From positions 3,329-67,328 of the forward strand of contig JASGFJ010000027.1 of the NCBI GenBank assembly GCA_047605645.1: DNA of 64,000 nucleotides, in the 5' to 3' direction. The notes beneath the pieces were generated by a model. That model did no database searches. It saw only the letters and a list, made by a program, of their open reading frames with translations, and was not told the DNA's origin. The DNA comes from Dysgonamonadaceae bacterium (GTDB lineage: Bacteria; Bacteroidota; Bacteroidia; Bacteroidales; Dysgonomonadaceae). The position numbers and the translations under genes were made by a program. How positions within the stretch are numbered: the stretch's first letter is position 1; every line of letters starts with the position of its first letter. Below are positions 1 through 9,235 of this stretch, in pieces.

Positions 1-1150
1 ATACATAGTCGTTGATTTTGGCACTTCCATCCATTTCCATACCAATTTGCATTTGAGCAAAGTAATCATACTGGTTGTAAGTCAAGGAGGTTTTGGACAT
101 CCATTTATTATTGAATGAATGACTCCATCCGGCAGACAAAAACCGATTTCCCCAACTCATTTCTGCAGCATCTTTTAAGACCATTCTATCCTTACCCAGG
201 TAGCCGGACACTGTCAACCGATCTTTCTCGGAGAGAGCAAAATTCAGTTTGGCATTCAGATCGTAAAAATAAAGATAGGCATCGCTTGCTTCTTTTACAC
301 CCGACAAACGGGCAATGGCATCCGCATAAGTACGTCGGGCTCCGAATAAAAATGAAGATTTCCCTTTCTGAATGGGACCTTCTGCATTGATATTGGAGGA
401 TATCAACCCGATGCCTCCTGCAACTTTATATTTTTGATTGTCCCCGATGCGTTGCTGAACATCCAGAATGGAGGATAAGCGTTCTCCGTATTGAGCAGGC
501 ATAGCTCCTTTGTATAAAGTAACATCGCGGATCACCTCCGAATTGAAGGTCGAGAAAAAGCCCATCAGATGAGAGGCATTATATAAGGATACATCATCGA
601 GAAGAATCAGGTTTTGATCGGCAGTTCCACCTCTGACATAAAACCCGGAACTACCTTCACCGGCACCCTGTACACCGGGCATCAATTGAATTGTTTTGAT
701 AATATCTCTTTCTCCAAGCAATACTGGCAGTTTATTTATCTCCGCCATCTCGATTTTCTGTACACCGGTTTGAGGAGCCGATACATTGGCATCGGGACGT
801 TGCGCCGAAACCACAACCTCCTTCAATCCTATTGAAGATTGTTTCAAGTCAATATTCCGGGATGCATTCGACTGTAACGAGAGGCTTATTTCCTGTTCTT
901 CATATCCCATATTACGAATTAAAAGACTATAGTTACCTGAAGGTAGGGATAATTTATATCTTCCATTCTGGTCAGAAGCCACCGATCCGGATTCTCCATC
1001 TTTTACAACCACTTGAACCCCGACAAGCGTTTCCCGGGTATCTTTATCCCGAATAATTCCACGAACGGTATACCTGGTTTGTGCTTGAGTATAGACTGTC
1101 GACGACAGCAAAAAAAGACATAAAAAAGCAAAAAGCTGCTTTGATTTCAT
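1..1150 (-). CDS. TonB-dependent outer-membrane receptor with N-terminal carboxypeptidase-regulatory-like domain and plug (5' part; runs off the left edge)
   Basis: Manual translation from ATG at 1150: MKSKQLFAFLCLFLLSSTVYTQAQTRYTVRGIIRDKDTRETLVGVQV...LPVLLGERDIIKTIQLMPGVQGAGEGSSGFYVRGGTADQNLILLDDVSLYNASHLMGFFSTFN. The frame is open to base 1, so the ORF track missed it. Confidence 0.93.
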   Translation of the reverse strand, partial: MKSKQLFAFLCLFLLSSTVYTQAQTRYTVRGIIRDKDTRETLVGVQVVVKDGESGSVASDQNGRYKLSLPSGNYSLLIRNMGYEEQEISLSLQSNASRNIDLKQSSIGLKEVVVSAQRPDANVSAPQTGVQKIEMAEINKLPVLLGERDIIKTIQLMPGVQGAGEGSSGFYVRGGTADQNLILLDDVSLYNASHLMGFFSTFNSEVIRDVTLYKGAMPAQYGERLSSILDVQQRIGDNQKYKVAGGIGLISSNINAEGPIQKGKSSFLFGARRTYADAIARLSGVKEASDAYLYFYDLNAKLNFALSEKDRLTVSGYLGKDRMVLKDAAEMSWGNRFLSAGWSHSFNNKWMSKTSLTYNQYDYFAQMQIGMEMDGSAKINDYV

Positions 1151-1242
1151 ACGATTAAATTTTTACGATTAGCTGGTATAAAACTCGCCTGGTTTTTGAA
1201 TCATTATTTTGCTGATTGGATAAAAATAAGGCTTCGTTTCAT
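1151..1242 (-). repeat. Dispersed ~93-bp leader element, copy B, abutting the TBDR start codon
   Basis: Minus strand: ATGAAACGAAGCCTTATTTTTATCCAATCAGCAAAATAATGATTCAAAAACCAGGCGAGTTTTATACCAGCTAATCGTAAAAATTTAATCGT-ATG. Mini-ORF MKRSLIFIQSAK* at 1204-1242. Confidence 0.85.
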
Positions 1243-1336
1243 ATACGATTAAATTTTTCTGTTAGAAGCTATAAAGCTCTTTTTATGAATGAATCATGAG
1301 CCGAAATAATTGAATAAAAATCAACTCTCTTCTATT
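1243..1336 (-). repeat. Dispersed leader element, degenerate copy A, in tandem upstream of copy B
   Basis: Minus strand ...TTGATTTTTATTCAATTATTTCGGCTCATGATTC...GCTTCTAACAGAAAAATTTAATCGTAT-ATG. It keeps the left arm and the terminal motif; the left boundary is approximate. Confidence 0.6.
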
Positions 1337-2063
1337 CGGCATAACACTCGACAAAATGCAAAGAACAAACAATCATCAATCAGTTATAAGCTCATTCTTA
1401 AATTACGAAAAAGGAGCCGCTTCAAAACACCGACAGCCACATCGGGCTGATAATTATTCAATATGCATTTTTAATGAGTATAAACTCCGATTTGTCACGA
1501 ATTTAATCCGGGCGACAGGATATCTTTACCAGACAACACTTCCCTGCTAAGCCTGAGTCTTAGGTAACATCTTGATAGAATCGGTAACGAGATTTTATAT
1601 TCACAATCACGAATATCGGATATCATCCGGATTATTTTGTGATAGACAGGTCGTTCATGTTTATTTCTCATTCTATTGTTTACAAAACAAAGATAAAAAG
1701 TGAATAAATATTTTTTCTAAATTATAGACCAAACCGCAGAATTGAGAGACCAAAATTGAAAAAACCCTGCTTTTATATCGTATTTGTAAGTGAATGTATC
1801 AAAAAAACAGAATTTCATTTTATGGCAAATTGACACTCTATCCTATGTGTTAATGAATCAATGAGTCATCACAAAAGTTCAACATAGCACCCGATAAAGA
1901 AATGTCATTGACTGGTCAATAAATATAATTACCGACATACAATAATCACCTGATTATAAACACGAAACAAGAACTATTCTTTCCAATTCACTCCTATATC
2001 CGTCTAAAGCTAGTATCTCCGGGTTTTCTGACAGTATATTTCCTGAGATAATAGAATATAATG

Positions 2064-2071
2064 TACCTTTG
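2064..2071 (+). promoter_or_regulatory. Bacteroidetes -7 promoter element upstream of serine dehydratase
   Basis: TACCTTTG matches TAnnTTTG, 22 nt before the ATG at 2094. Confidence 0.6.
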
Positions 2072-2093
2072 TCCACATTTAAAATTTGGCTTT

Positions 2094-3293
2094 ATGGAAT
2101 CGATACGAAGAATATACAAAATAGGATATGGCCCTTCCAGCAGCCATACAATGGGACCGCGGGAAGCTGTAAAGATATACAAAAAAAGGTATGTTTCAAA
2201 CAGTTATCGGGTAACACTGTATGGCAGCCTTGCAGCAACAGGCAAAGGGCATCTCACCGACAAAGCCATTATTGATGAATTTTCGCCGGCTCAGGTGGAA
2301 ATTATCTGGCAACCAGATATTCTTCTACCTTTTCATCCTAACGGAATGAAATTTGAGCGGAAAGACTCCCTTGGTAATTATATCGATGAATGGATGGTCT
2401 ACAGTGTTGGCGGAGGAGATTTAGCAGAAGAGGGTTCAACCCCATCAGAGAGCCATATCTATCCGCTAACGAATATGTACAACATCAAATCTTATTGCCA
2501 GCAAAAAGGATTGGCCTTCTGGGAATATGTTTATGAAGTGGAAGGAAAAGAAACTTTCGACTATCTGGCGGAAGTATGGGAGGTGATGATGGCGGCAATC
2601 GAAAGAGGACTTAACGAGGAAGGAGTACTTCCCGGAGGATTGGGCCTTCGTCGGAAAGCATCTTCGTATTATGTAAAATCTAGAAGTTATCAGGGTTCCT
2701 TAAAAAGCCGTTCACTTATCTATGCATACGCTTTAGCTGTTTCGGAAGAAAATGCAGCCGGAGGAAGAATTGTAACAGCACCTACATGCGGGTCGTGTGG
2801 CGCCATGCCGGCAGTGCTTTATCATTTGAAAAAAAGTCATGACACAGACGACAAACGTATTATCCGGGCTTTGGCAACAGCCGGATTAATCGGAAATATA
2901 GCCAAGTACAATGCATCTATCTCGGGCGCGGAAGTAGGCTGCCAGGGAGAAGTGGGAGTAGCGTGTGCGATGGCGGCAGGAGCAGCCAATCAACTTTTCG
3001 GAGGAACCATTTCTCAAATTGAATATGCCGCAGAAATGGGCCTAGAGCACCACTTGGGATTAACCTGCGATCCGGTGTGCGGCTTGGTACAAATTCCATG
3101 TATTGAGCGAAACGCATTTGCTGCTGCCCGGGCATTGGATTCATGTACCTTTTCGACATTGTCAGACGGCAATCACCTCGTTAGTTTCGATAAGGTAGTC
3201 CGCACAATGAAAGAAACAGGGCATGACCTGCCCAGTCTTTATAAAGAAACCTCTGCAGGAGGCTTAGCCAAAAATCACAAACGAATGAGATAA
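2094..3293 (+). CDS. sdaA: Fe-S L-serine ammonia-lyase (single-chain alpha+beta)
   Basis: IYKIGYGPSSSHTMGP, YGSLAATGKGH, IVTAPTCGSCG, GAEVGCQGEVG, GLTCDPVCGLVQIPCIERN motifs. The start is moved from 2061 to ATG 2094 because a promoter motif lies within the longer ORF. Confidence 0.93.
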   Translation: MESIRRIYKIGYGPSSSHTMGPREAVKIYKKRYVSNSYRVTLYGSLAATGKGHLTDKAIIDEFSPAQVEIIWQPDILLPFHPNGMKFERKDSLGNYIDEWMVYSVGGGDLAEEGSTPSESHIYPLTNMYNIKSYCQQKGLAFWEYVYEVEGKETFDYLAEVWEVMMAAIERGLNEEGVLPGGLGLRRKASSYYVKSRSYQGSLKSRSLIYAYALAVSEENAAGGRIVTAPTCGSCGAMPAVLYHLKKSHDTDDKRIIRALATAGLIGNIAKYNASISGAEVGCQGEVGVACAMAAGAANQLFGGTISQIEYAAEMGLEHHLGLTCDPVCGLVQIPCIERNAFAAARALDSCTFSTLSDGNHLVSFDKVVRTMKETGHDLPSLYKETSAGGLAKNHKRMR

Positions 3294-4091
3294 TCAGTCT
3301 TTTTGGGGAGTTTGACAACTACAGTTTTCGTGGTTGTGAAGCAATCGCATCGGCAAACCGTTGACAGGGCTATGGCCTATGATATCAATCGGATATGAGT
3401 ATGCCTTCTCAAGCCATTCGGAAGAGATATTGGTTCCTTCGTGGTAATGAAGTCCCTCGTTCACACAGGCAATATTTTTGACGAGCGACACAACGGAACC
3501 AATATCGTGCGATACCAGAATAATGGCCGTATTTTTATTTATTTCAAGTAAAATTTTATAGAAGTCAGACTCAAACTTTTTATCTACATAAGAATTCGGT
3601 TCATCCAGAATCAGGATATCGGGCTCATCTACAATGGAGCGTCCCAACAACACCCGTTGTAATTGCCCGCCGGATAACTGCCCGATAGGACGTGATAAGA
3701 AGTCCTGAAGCCCCATTTGCTGGGCCACATCCACCACTTTCTTCTTCTGCCGCGATGAATATCTTCCGAAAAGCCCCCGTGGCTGAGTCAACCCGGAGGA
3801 GATCACCTCGCGCACCGAGATTGGGAATTTCTTATCAACCTGATTAATCTGTGGCATATAACCGATATTAACCTTATCGGTAGACTGTCCGTTTTTATAA
3901 AACGTAATTTGCCCCGAAAACGGTTCTACAAGTCCCATAACAGACTTTAGTAAAGTAGTTTTTCCACCACCATTAGGTCCGATTATACCCAGAAAGTCAT
4001 TCTCATATACCGTCAGATTCACACCATTGAGCACCTGGTTGTCCTTTCCATAACCGGCACATAAATTCGCTATTTTCAGCACTTTATTCAT
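3294..4091 (-). CDS. znuC: Zn/Mn-type metal ABC transporter ATP-binding protein
   Basis: Walker A GPNGGGKT, signature LSGGQLQR, Walker B LILDEP, His/Cys tail HNHENCSC. Its stop abuts the convergent sdaA stop. Confidence 0.88.
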   Translation of the reverse strand: MNKVLKIANLCAGYGKDNQVLNGVNLTVYENDFLGIIGPNGGGKTTLLKSVMGLVEPFSGQITFYKNGQSTDKVNIGYMPQINQVDKKFPISVREVISSGLTQPRGLFGRYSSRQKKKVVDVAQQMGLQDFLSRPIGQLSGGQLQRVLLGRSIVDEPDILILDEPNSYVDKKFESDFYKILLEINKNTAIILVSHDIGSVVSLVKNIACVNEGLHYHEGTNISSEWLEKAYSYPIDIIGHSPVNGLPMRLLHNHENCSCQTPQKD

Positions 4092-4987
4092 TGGTTCGCT
4101 ATGGCTTTGGCAATTTTAATCATTTCATCTTTCCATTCGTAGGCCAGAGGATTTATTTCAAAGACCCTGCCGCCGATTTCACGGGCAAGCACCTGTGCAT
4201 TTTTCTTATCAAATTCCGGCTGAATAAAAATAGTTTTTATCCCCTTGCTTTTTGCTTCTCGAATGAGAGAAGTCATTTGTGAGGGCGACGGGCTTTTCCC
4301 GTTAAATTCTATAGAGAGCTGTTCCAATCCATATTCATCGGCAAAGTACGACAAGGCCGGATGATAAATAATAAAGGTTTTCTTCTGAGCCGATGCAAGA
4401 ATCGTGCGGACTATGGAATCCGTTTCACTGATTTCGTTTTTCAGATTGCTAAAATTCTGTTCGTAATAACTCTTGTTTACCGGATCCATTTTGACAACAC
4501 CCTCAAAAATACATTGAGCTACCAACAAAGCTGTCTTCGGAGAATTCCATATATGCGGATCAACAGTTCCGTGGCTGTGTCCTTCATGCGCATGTTCAGC
4601 AGATTGCATAAGAGACTTATCCTTTTGGATAGAAGAAGAACAGTCTACCAAGAGCATTTCAGGATTACTTTGGCTCAGATTATCTTTCCAGACTTTCTCA
4701 AATCCGAAAAGCCCAATCATAAAATAAGCTCTGCTATCTCCCAGTATCATCATTTCAGAAGGTGCAGGATCAAAAGATTCAGGATTACTACCTGCCGGAA
4801 CAACGGATTTGACAAGGAATTTATCCCCGACTATTTTCTCGGCAAAAAAACGTTGCGGTTCAATAGATACGGAAATATAATTATTGTTTTTGGTTGTCGC
4901 CTTTTTGGTACATCCGACAACAAAAATGCCGAAGAATACAAAGAGACAAAGTAATTTTAGATTCATTCTGTCAATTTTCAGTTTCAT
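4088..4987 (-). CDS. znuA: Zn/Mn ABC transporter substrate-binding lipoprotein (ZnuA/TroA family)
   Basis: Lipobox VVGC, VVPAGSNPESFDP, His-rich loop HAHEGHSHGTVDPHIWNSP, FIIYHPALSYFA. Confidence 0.88.
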   Translation of the reverse strand: MKLKIDRMNLKLLCLFVFFGIFVVGCTKKATTKNNNYISVSIEPQRFFAEKIVGDKFLVKSVVPAGSNPESFDPAPSEMMILGDSRAYFMIGLFGFEKVWKDNLSQSNPEMLLVDCSSSIQKDKSLMQSAEHAHEGHSHGTVDPHIWNSPKTALLVAQCIFEGVVKMDPVNKSYYEQNFSNLKNEISETDSIVRTILASAQKKTFIIYHPALSYFADEYGLEQLSIEFNGKSPSPSQMTSLIREAKSKGIKTIFIQPEFDKKNAQVLAREIGGRVFEINPLAYEWKDEMIKIAKAIANQ

Positions 4988-5021
4988 ACAAAGATACGAC
5001 TTTCAGACTGAAACCGATGTA

Positions 5022-5669
5022 TCATTTTTTAGTAAGGTCGTATATTTTACGTATTCCCTCCAGTTCTTTTTCAAAATCAATATTCAAATCCACAAGTCTG
5101 CCATTATGCAGGTCGTATACCCAGCCGACCACCCGCGGATATCCGGTTTCGTAGAAAGACTTCTGCACCTCTGCTGTTTTGATCACATTCAGGCATTGTT
5201 CTTTTACATTGATTTCAACAAATCTCCGATATCGCTCATCCACATTCGGTATTTCATCCAGTTCGTTTTGGTGTAAGCGATATACATCGCGAATATTACG
5301 AAGCCAGGGATTGAGAATACCTAAATCGCGAGGTTCCATTGCTGCTTTGATGCCACCACAATTATAATGTCCGCAAACGATTACATATTTTACTTTCAGA
5401 TGCACAACCGCATAATTAATCACCGACAATGCATTCAAGTCCGCATTCACCACCATATTTGCGATATTCCGGTGCACAAAAACCTGACCGGGCTCCAATC
5501 CCATAATTTCATTGGCATGCACCCGACTGTCGGAACATCCAATATAGAGAAAATCGGGATTTTGCTCTTTTGCCAGATGTTCAAAAAAGTTGGCATTATC
5601 TTTGGTTTTGGCTTCCACCCATGCTTTGTTTGCTTCAAATATATTTTGATATAACTCTTCTGTGCTCAT
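5022..5669 (-). CDS. can: Beta-class carbonic anhydrase
   Basis: CSDSRV and HYNCGG Zn ligands, GQVFVHRNIANMV. Likely start is ATG 5669 (MSTEELY). Confidence 0.93.
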   Translation of the reverse strand: MSTEELYQNIFEANKAWVEAKTKDNANFFEHLAKEQNPDFLYIGCSDSRVHANEIMGLEPGQVFVHRNIANMVVNADLNALSVINYAVVHLKVKYVIVCGHYNCGGIKAAMEPRDLGILNPWLRNIRDVYRLHQNELDEIPNVDERYRRFVEINVKEQCLNVIKTAEVQKSFYETGYPRVVGWVYDLHNGRLVDLNIDFEKELEGIRKIYDLTKK

Positions 5670-5954
5670 ATATTGTCGTTGATTGATTTGCACTCATAAC
5701 ATACAAACTTAATATCTCTACCAATAAGGAATACTATTTTTGTTGTTATGTAAAACAAAAAATCAGCCACAATGTTGAAGCGAATGGAAAATTTATCTCT
5801 TTTTTTATTCCCTCGAATTGGATTAAGAGCATCATTGAAACAAAAATAAAAAGAGAGTTTAAATCGCCATTTCACGTTTCTAAAGAAGTTTTTATGAATT
5901 ATATTGATGAAAGATGTATTACTTTTGCATATTCTTAAGCATTGAAACTCCATT

Positions 5955-6983
5955 ATGGTCAAAATAGAAAATATTTCAAAAACATTTTATCGGAAAGGTG
6001 TTCCTTTCAAGGCTTTGGATGATGTAAGCCTGGAGATAGAGGAGGGCCAAATTGTGGGCATTATCGGAAGCTCCGGAGCAGGAAAAAGCACCTTAATACG
6101 ATGTGTCAATCTCCTTGAAAAACCGGATTCCGGAAAAGTGCTAATCGACGGAATAGACCTAACCAGCTTACCTTCAAAAAAGTTGGCAACGGAGCGGAAA
6201 AAGATAGGTATGATATTTCAGCATTTCAACCTGCTATCTTCCCGTACGGTTTTCGAAAATATTGCTCTCCCTCTGGAATTAGACAAAGTAGATAAGGGTA
6301 AAATAGAGAAAAGAGTATCCGAGTTACTTCAACTGGTGGATCTGGAGGAAAAAAGAGACGAATATCCTAAAAATCTTTCCGGTGGACAAAAACAACGGGT
6401 TGCCATTGCCCGCGCCTTGGCCAATGAGCCGCACCTGCTTCTTTGCGACGAAGCAACCAGTGCTCTTGACCCGTCCACTACTTTATCCATCCTCCGCCTG
6501 CTGCGTGACATCAACAACCGGTTGAATATAACAATTCTATTGATCACGCATGAAATGGATGTTGTGAAAACGATTTGCGACAATATTGCGGTGATAGATC
6601 AGGGTAAAGTAGTTGCAAACGGTACATTGGAAGAACTTCTCACCAAAGATTCGCATCCGATTCTCCGCAAATTTATGCAAACCAATTCCTTAGGACTTCC
6701 TCAGGAGCTTCACAAAAAGCTTCGCAAAACACAGGAGAAAGGATTGTATCCGGTAATAGAACTCGAGTTCAACGGAACAATGGCTGTGGACGAATTATTG
6801 TCATACATCCAAGAAAATGAAACGACAACATTCTCCACGATCAAATCCGACATGGAAACGATCGGCAACAAGAGTTATGGCAAGCTTATTTTACATGTGA
6901 AGGCCGAACAAGGCAAATTCGATGTAATTGCAAGTTATTTAAACAACAATCAGATAAACATAAATCTTCGGGGATATGCTTGA
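5955..6983 (+). CDS. metN: Methionine ABC transporter ATP-binding protein
   Basis: GSSGAGKSTLIRCVNLLE, KIGMIFQHFNLLSSRTVFENIALPLE, LSGGQKQRVAIARALA, LLCDEATSALDP, plus a C-terminal extension. Confidence 0.92.
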   Translation: MVKIENISKTFYRKGVPFKALDDVSLEIEEGQIVGIIGSSGAGKSTLIRCVNLLEKPDSGKVLIDGIDLTSLPSKKLATERKKIGMIFQHFNLLSSRTVFENIALPLELDKVDKGKIEKRVSELLQLVDLEEKRDEYPKNLSGGQKQRVAIARALANEPHLLLCDEATSALDPSTTLSILRLLRDINNRLNITILLITHEMDVVKTICDNIAVIDQGKVVANGTLEELLTKDSHPILRKFMQTNSLGLPQELHKKLRKTQEKGLYPVIELEFNGTMAVDELLSYIQENETTTFSTIKSDMETIGNKSYGKLILHVKAEQGKFDVIASYLNNNQININLRGYA

Positions 6984-7629
6984 TGCCACCACACTATTAT
7001 TGCTAAAAGGGCTTTGGGAAACAATCGTTATGACGTTTGCTTCCGGATTTTTTGGTTTTCTCATTGGCCTTCCTGCCGGAACAGCTTTGTTTTTGACAAG
7101 AAAAGGACAATTGCTTGAAAACAAGACGTACCACCGCCTGCTGGCTACACTCGTGAATGTATTCCGATCAATCCCCTTTATCATATTGATTGTCTGGATG
7201 ATTCCATTCACCCGGATGCTGGTAGGGACATCCATTGGAATGGCTGCAGCACTTGTACCGTTAAGCATCGGCGCAGCACCTTTTATCGCACGGCTGGTAG
7301 AAAACAGTTTATTGGAAGTACCCGGCGGACTGATAGAAACGGCCCGATCAATGGGAGCTACTCCGTTTCAGGTTGTAACGAAAGTACTTTTACCGGAAGC
7401 TCTACCTTCGTTGGTCAACAATGCAGCCATTACACTCATTACATTGGTCGGATATTCGGCAATGGGAGGTGCCGTGGGCGCCGGAGGATTAGGGCAGATC
7501 GGATATCAATACGGATACATCGGATACGATACATTCATTATGAATACAGTACTTGTGCTGTTGGTTGCGCTGGTATTTCTTATTCAATTTGCCGGAGATA
7601 AAATTTCTCGAAAACTGAATCACAAATAG
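6976..7629 (+). CDS. metI: Methionine ABC transporter permease
   Basis: RSIPFIILIVWMIPFTR, GLIETARSMGAT, ITLVGYSAMGGAVGAGGLGQIGYQYGY. Confidence 0.93.
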   Translation: MLDATTLLLLKGLWETIVMTFASGFFGFLIGLPAGTALFLTRKGQLLENKTYHRLLATLVNVFRSIPFIILIVWMIPFTRMLVGTSIGMAAALVPLSIGAAPFIARLVENSLLEVPGGLIETARSMGATPFQVVTKVLLPEALPSLVNNAAITLITLVGYSAMGGAVGAGGLGQIGYQYGYIGYDTFIMNTVLVLLVALVFLIQFAGDKISRKLNHK

Positions 7630-7663
7630 AATTGTTTAGTGTAAATAAAAACAAAACATAGAT

Positions 7664-7755
7664 ATGAAGCAAAGCATGATTTTTATTGAATCACTCTAAA
7701 GGAAGATTAAAAAAATCAGGCAAGTTCCATACCACCTACTAGTAAAAATTTACGT
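7664..7755 (+). repeat. Dispersed leader element, copy C, between metI and metQ
   Basis: ATGAAGCAAAGCATGATTTTTATTGAATCACTCTAAAGGAAGATTAAAAAAATCAGGCAAGTTCCATACCACCTACTAGTAAAAATTTACGT-ATG(metQ). Mini-ORF MKQSMIFIESL* at 7664-7699. Confidence 0.88.
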
Positions 7756-8565
7756 ATGAAAAAATTAACTATCCGGAATCTGATTCTTGTCGGAACCATT
7801 CTCTTAAGTTCTTGTGGTAAATCGTCAAAATCGGATACGCATTTCATTCAAGTGGGAATTTCGGCCGGACCGGAAAAAGAACTGGCAGAGGCTGCAAAGA
7901 AAGTGGCAAAAGAAAAATACAACCTCGATGTGGAGTTGGTCGTTTTCAACGATTATGTAATGCCGAACGAAGCACTCAGCAACAAAGAGATTGATGCCAA
8001 TGCCTTTCAACATATTCCTTATCTGGAAGAGCAGTCCAAACAGAGAGGTTACAAACTGGTAGTGGTCGGAAAAACATTCCTCTACCCTATTATCGCGTAT
8101 TCAAAAAAAATTAAATCCGTATCGGAATTACAAAACGGCAATACTGTTGCTATCCCGAACGACCCGACAAACGGCGGCCGGGCTTTGCTCCTATTGCAAA
8201 AAAACAAACTAATCAAGTTGCGCGACGGTGTAGGTCTGCTACCGAAAGTGACTGACATTGTCGCGAATCCGAAAAATCTGAGAATCCTTGAAATAGAAGC
8301 TCCTCAGTTGACGAGAGTAATTGACGACAAAGATGTGGTGGTAGCTATTATCAATAATAATTTTGCCTCACAGGCAGGACTCGATGCCTCCCGGTATGGC
8401 ATCATGACCGAAGATAAAGAATCTCCTTACATGAATGTGATTGTAGCCAGACCGGACAATAAGAATGCAGAAAATGTCAAAAACTTTGTCAAAGCTTATC
8501 AGTCGGCTGAAGTTGAAAAAACAGCAGAGAAAGCTTTCAAGGGACAAGCAATCAAAGGTTGGTAA
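7756..8565 (+). CDS. metQ: Methionine ABC transporter substrate-binding lipoprotein (MetQ/NlpA)
   Basis: Lipobox LLSSC, FNDYVMPNEAL, DANAFQHIPYL, VAIPNDPTNGGRALLLL. Confidence 0.93.
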   Translation: MKKLTIRNLILVGTILLSSCGKSSKSDTHFIQVGISAGPEKELAEAAKKVAKEKYNLDVELVVFNDYVMPNEALSNKEIDANAFQHIPYLEEQSKQRGYKLVVVGKTFLYPIIAYSKKIKSVSELQNGNTVAIPNDPTNGGRALLLLQKNKLIKLRDGVGLLPKVTDIVANPKNLRILEIEAPQLTRVIDDKDVVVAIINNNFASQAGLDASRYGIMTEDKESPYMNVIVARPDNKNAENVKNFVKAYQSAEVEKTAEKAFKGQAIKGW

Positions 8566-8569
8566 TATT

Positions 8570-8661
8570 TCTCTCCGTTATGAGTGTTAGGGTGAATGAA
8601 ATTCGCCTGTTTCTTGAATCATAGATCGGGGAGTTCTAATAAAATTCAGGCTTTGTTTCAT
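8570..8661 (-). repeat. Dispersed leader element, copy D, antisense just downstream of metQ
   Basis: Minus strand CGA-ATGAAACAAAGCCTGAATTTTATTAGAACTCCCCGATCTATGATTCAAGAAACAGGCGAATTTCATTCACCCTAACACTC. Mini-ORF MKQSLNFIRTPRSMIQETGEFHSP* at 8587-8661; there is no gene downstream in its orientation. Confidence 0.8.
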
Positions 8662-8812
8662 TCGGGAATGCCCCTAATTAGCTGTAAGTATATACACCTA
8701 TAACTCGATAAAAAATAAGCAACATCGAAAATCAGATACATAAAACTAATTTTTCATGGAGCGACTTCGTATATTATCACAACATTGGATATAGGCAATT
8801 ACTGCGATACTC

Positions 8813-8904
8813 GTGTGACACCATCACTAGCGTTAGTGTGATACCTTCACTCGTGCTAGTGCGATACCCTCACTAGCGTTAGTGTGACATCATCATCCGT
8901 ACGC
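8813..8904. repeat. 23-bp tandem minisatellite, about 4 units
   Basis: Units GTGTGACACCATCACTAGCGTTA / GTGTGATACCTTCACTCGTGCTA / GTGCGATACCCTCACTAGCGTTA / GTGTGACATCATCATCCGTACGC, starting at 8813, 8836, 8859 and 8882. Confidence 0.85.
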
Positions 8905-9130
8905 GTGTCATATCTTCATAAAAAATAGGACTGAAAATAGCGGAAAACGAAGGTCAAGTATTTTAGCCGAATGAAAAAAATACCGAATTTGGCATGTTGG
9001 GGCAGATTTGCAATGCTTACGCAATTCTCCAAAGGACACTACGCTAGAAGGAAGTTGTTTCCAAAGAAAATAAAGTTTAACAGAATAAATAGTTGCAAAC
9101 ACTGTCGGGTAGAAGCACCCAAGCATCGCA

Positions 9131-9164
9131 AAAGAGGTTGTTCCGCCGTTTGGAACAACCTCTT
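9131..9164. terminator. Intrinsic terminator hairpin downstream of hppA
   Basis: AAGAGGTTGTTCC-gccgttt-GGAACAACCTCTT, a 13-bp perfect stem with A/T-rich flanks. Confidence 0.75.
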
Positions 9165-9235
9165 CTTCCTTTTATAATAACTCATCCTCATTCCGATGAG
9201 GACATAAGATTCATCAACTCATTTCATGTAACCGA

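Noticed and set aside
115-1056. Short + strand ORFs (91, 73 and 74 aa)
   Set aside because: They are shadows of the minus-strand TonB-dependent receptor, which is open from 1150 to the window edge. The same applies to most <200-aa ORFs overlapping long genes throughout the track.
5700-5954. SAM riboswitch upstream of metN
   Set aside because: The region is AT-rich and I could not find SAM-I or SAM-II core sequences or stems.
8813-8904. Possible CRISPR array or CRP boxes
   Set aside because: Units are contiguous with no unique spacers and no cas genes. The TGTGA...TCAC spacing is 5 nt, not the 6 nt of a CRP site.
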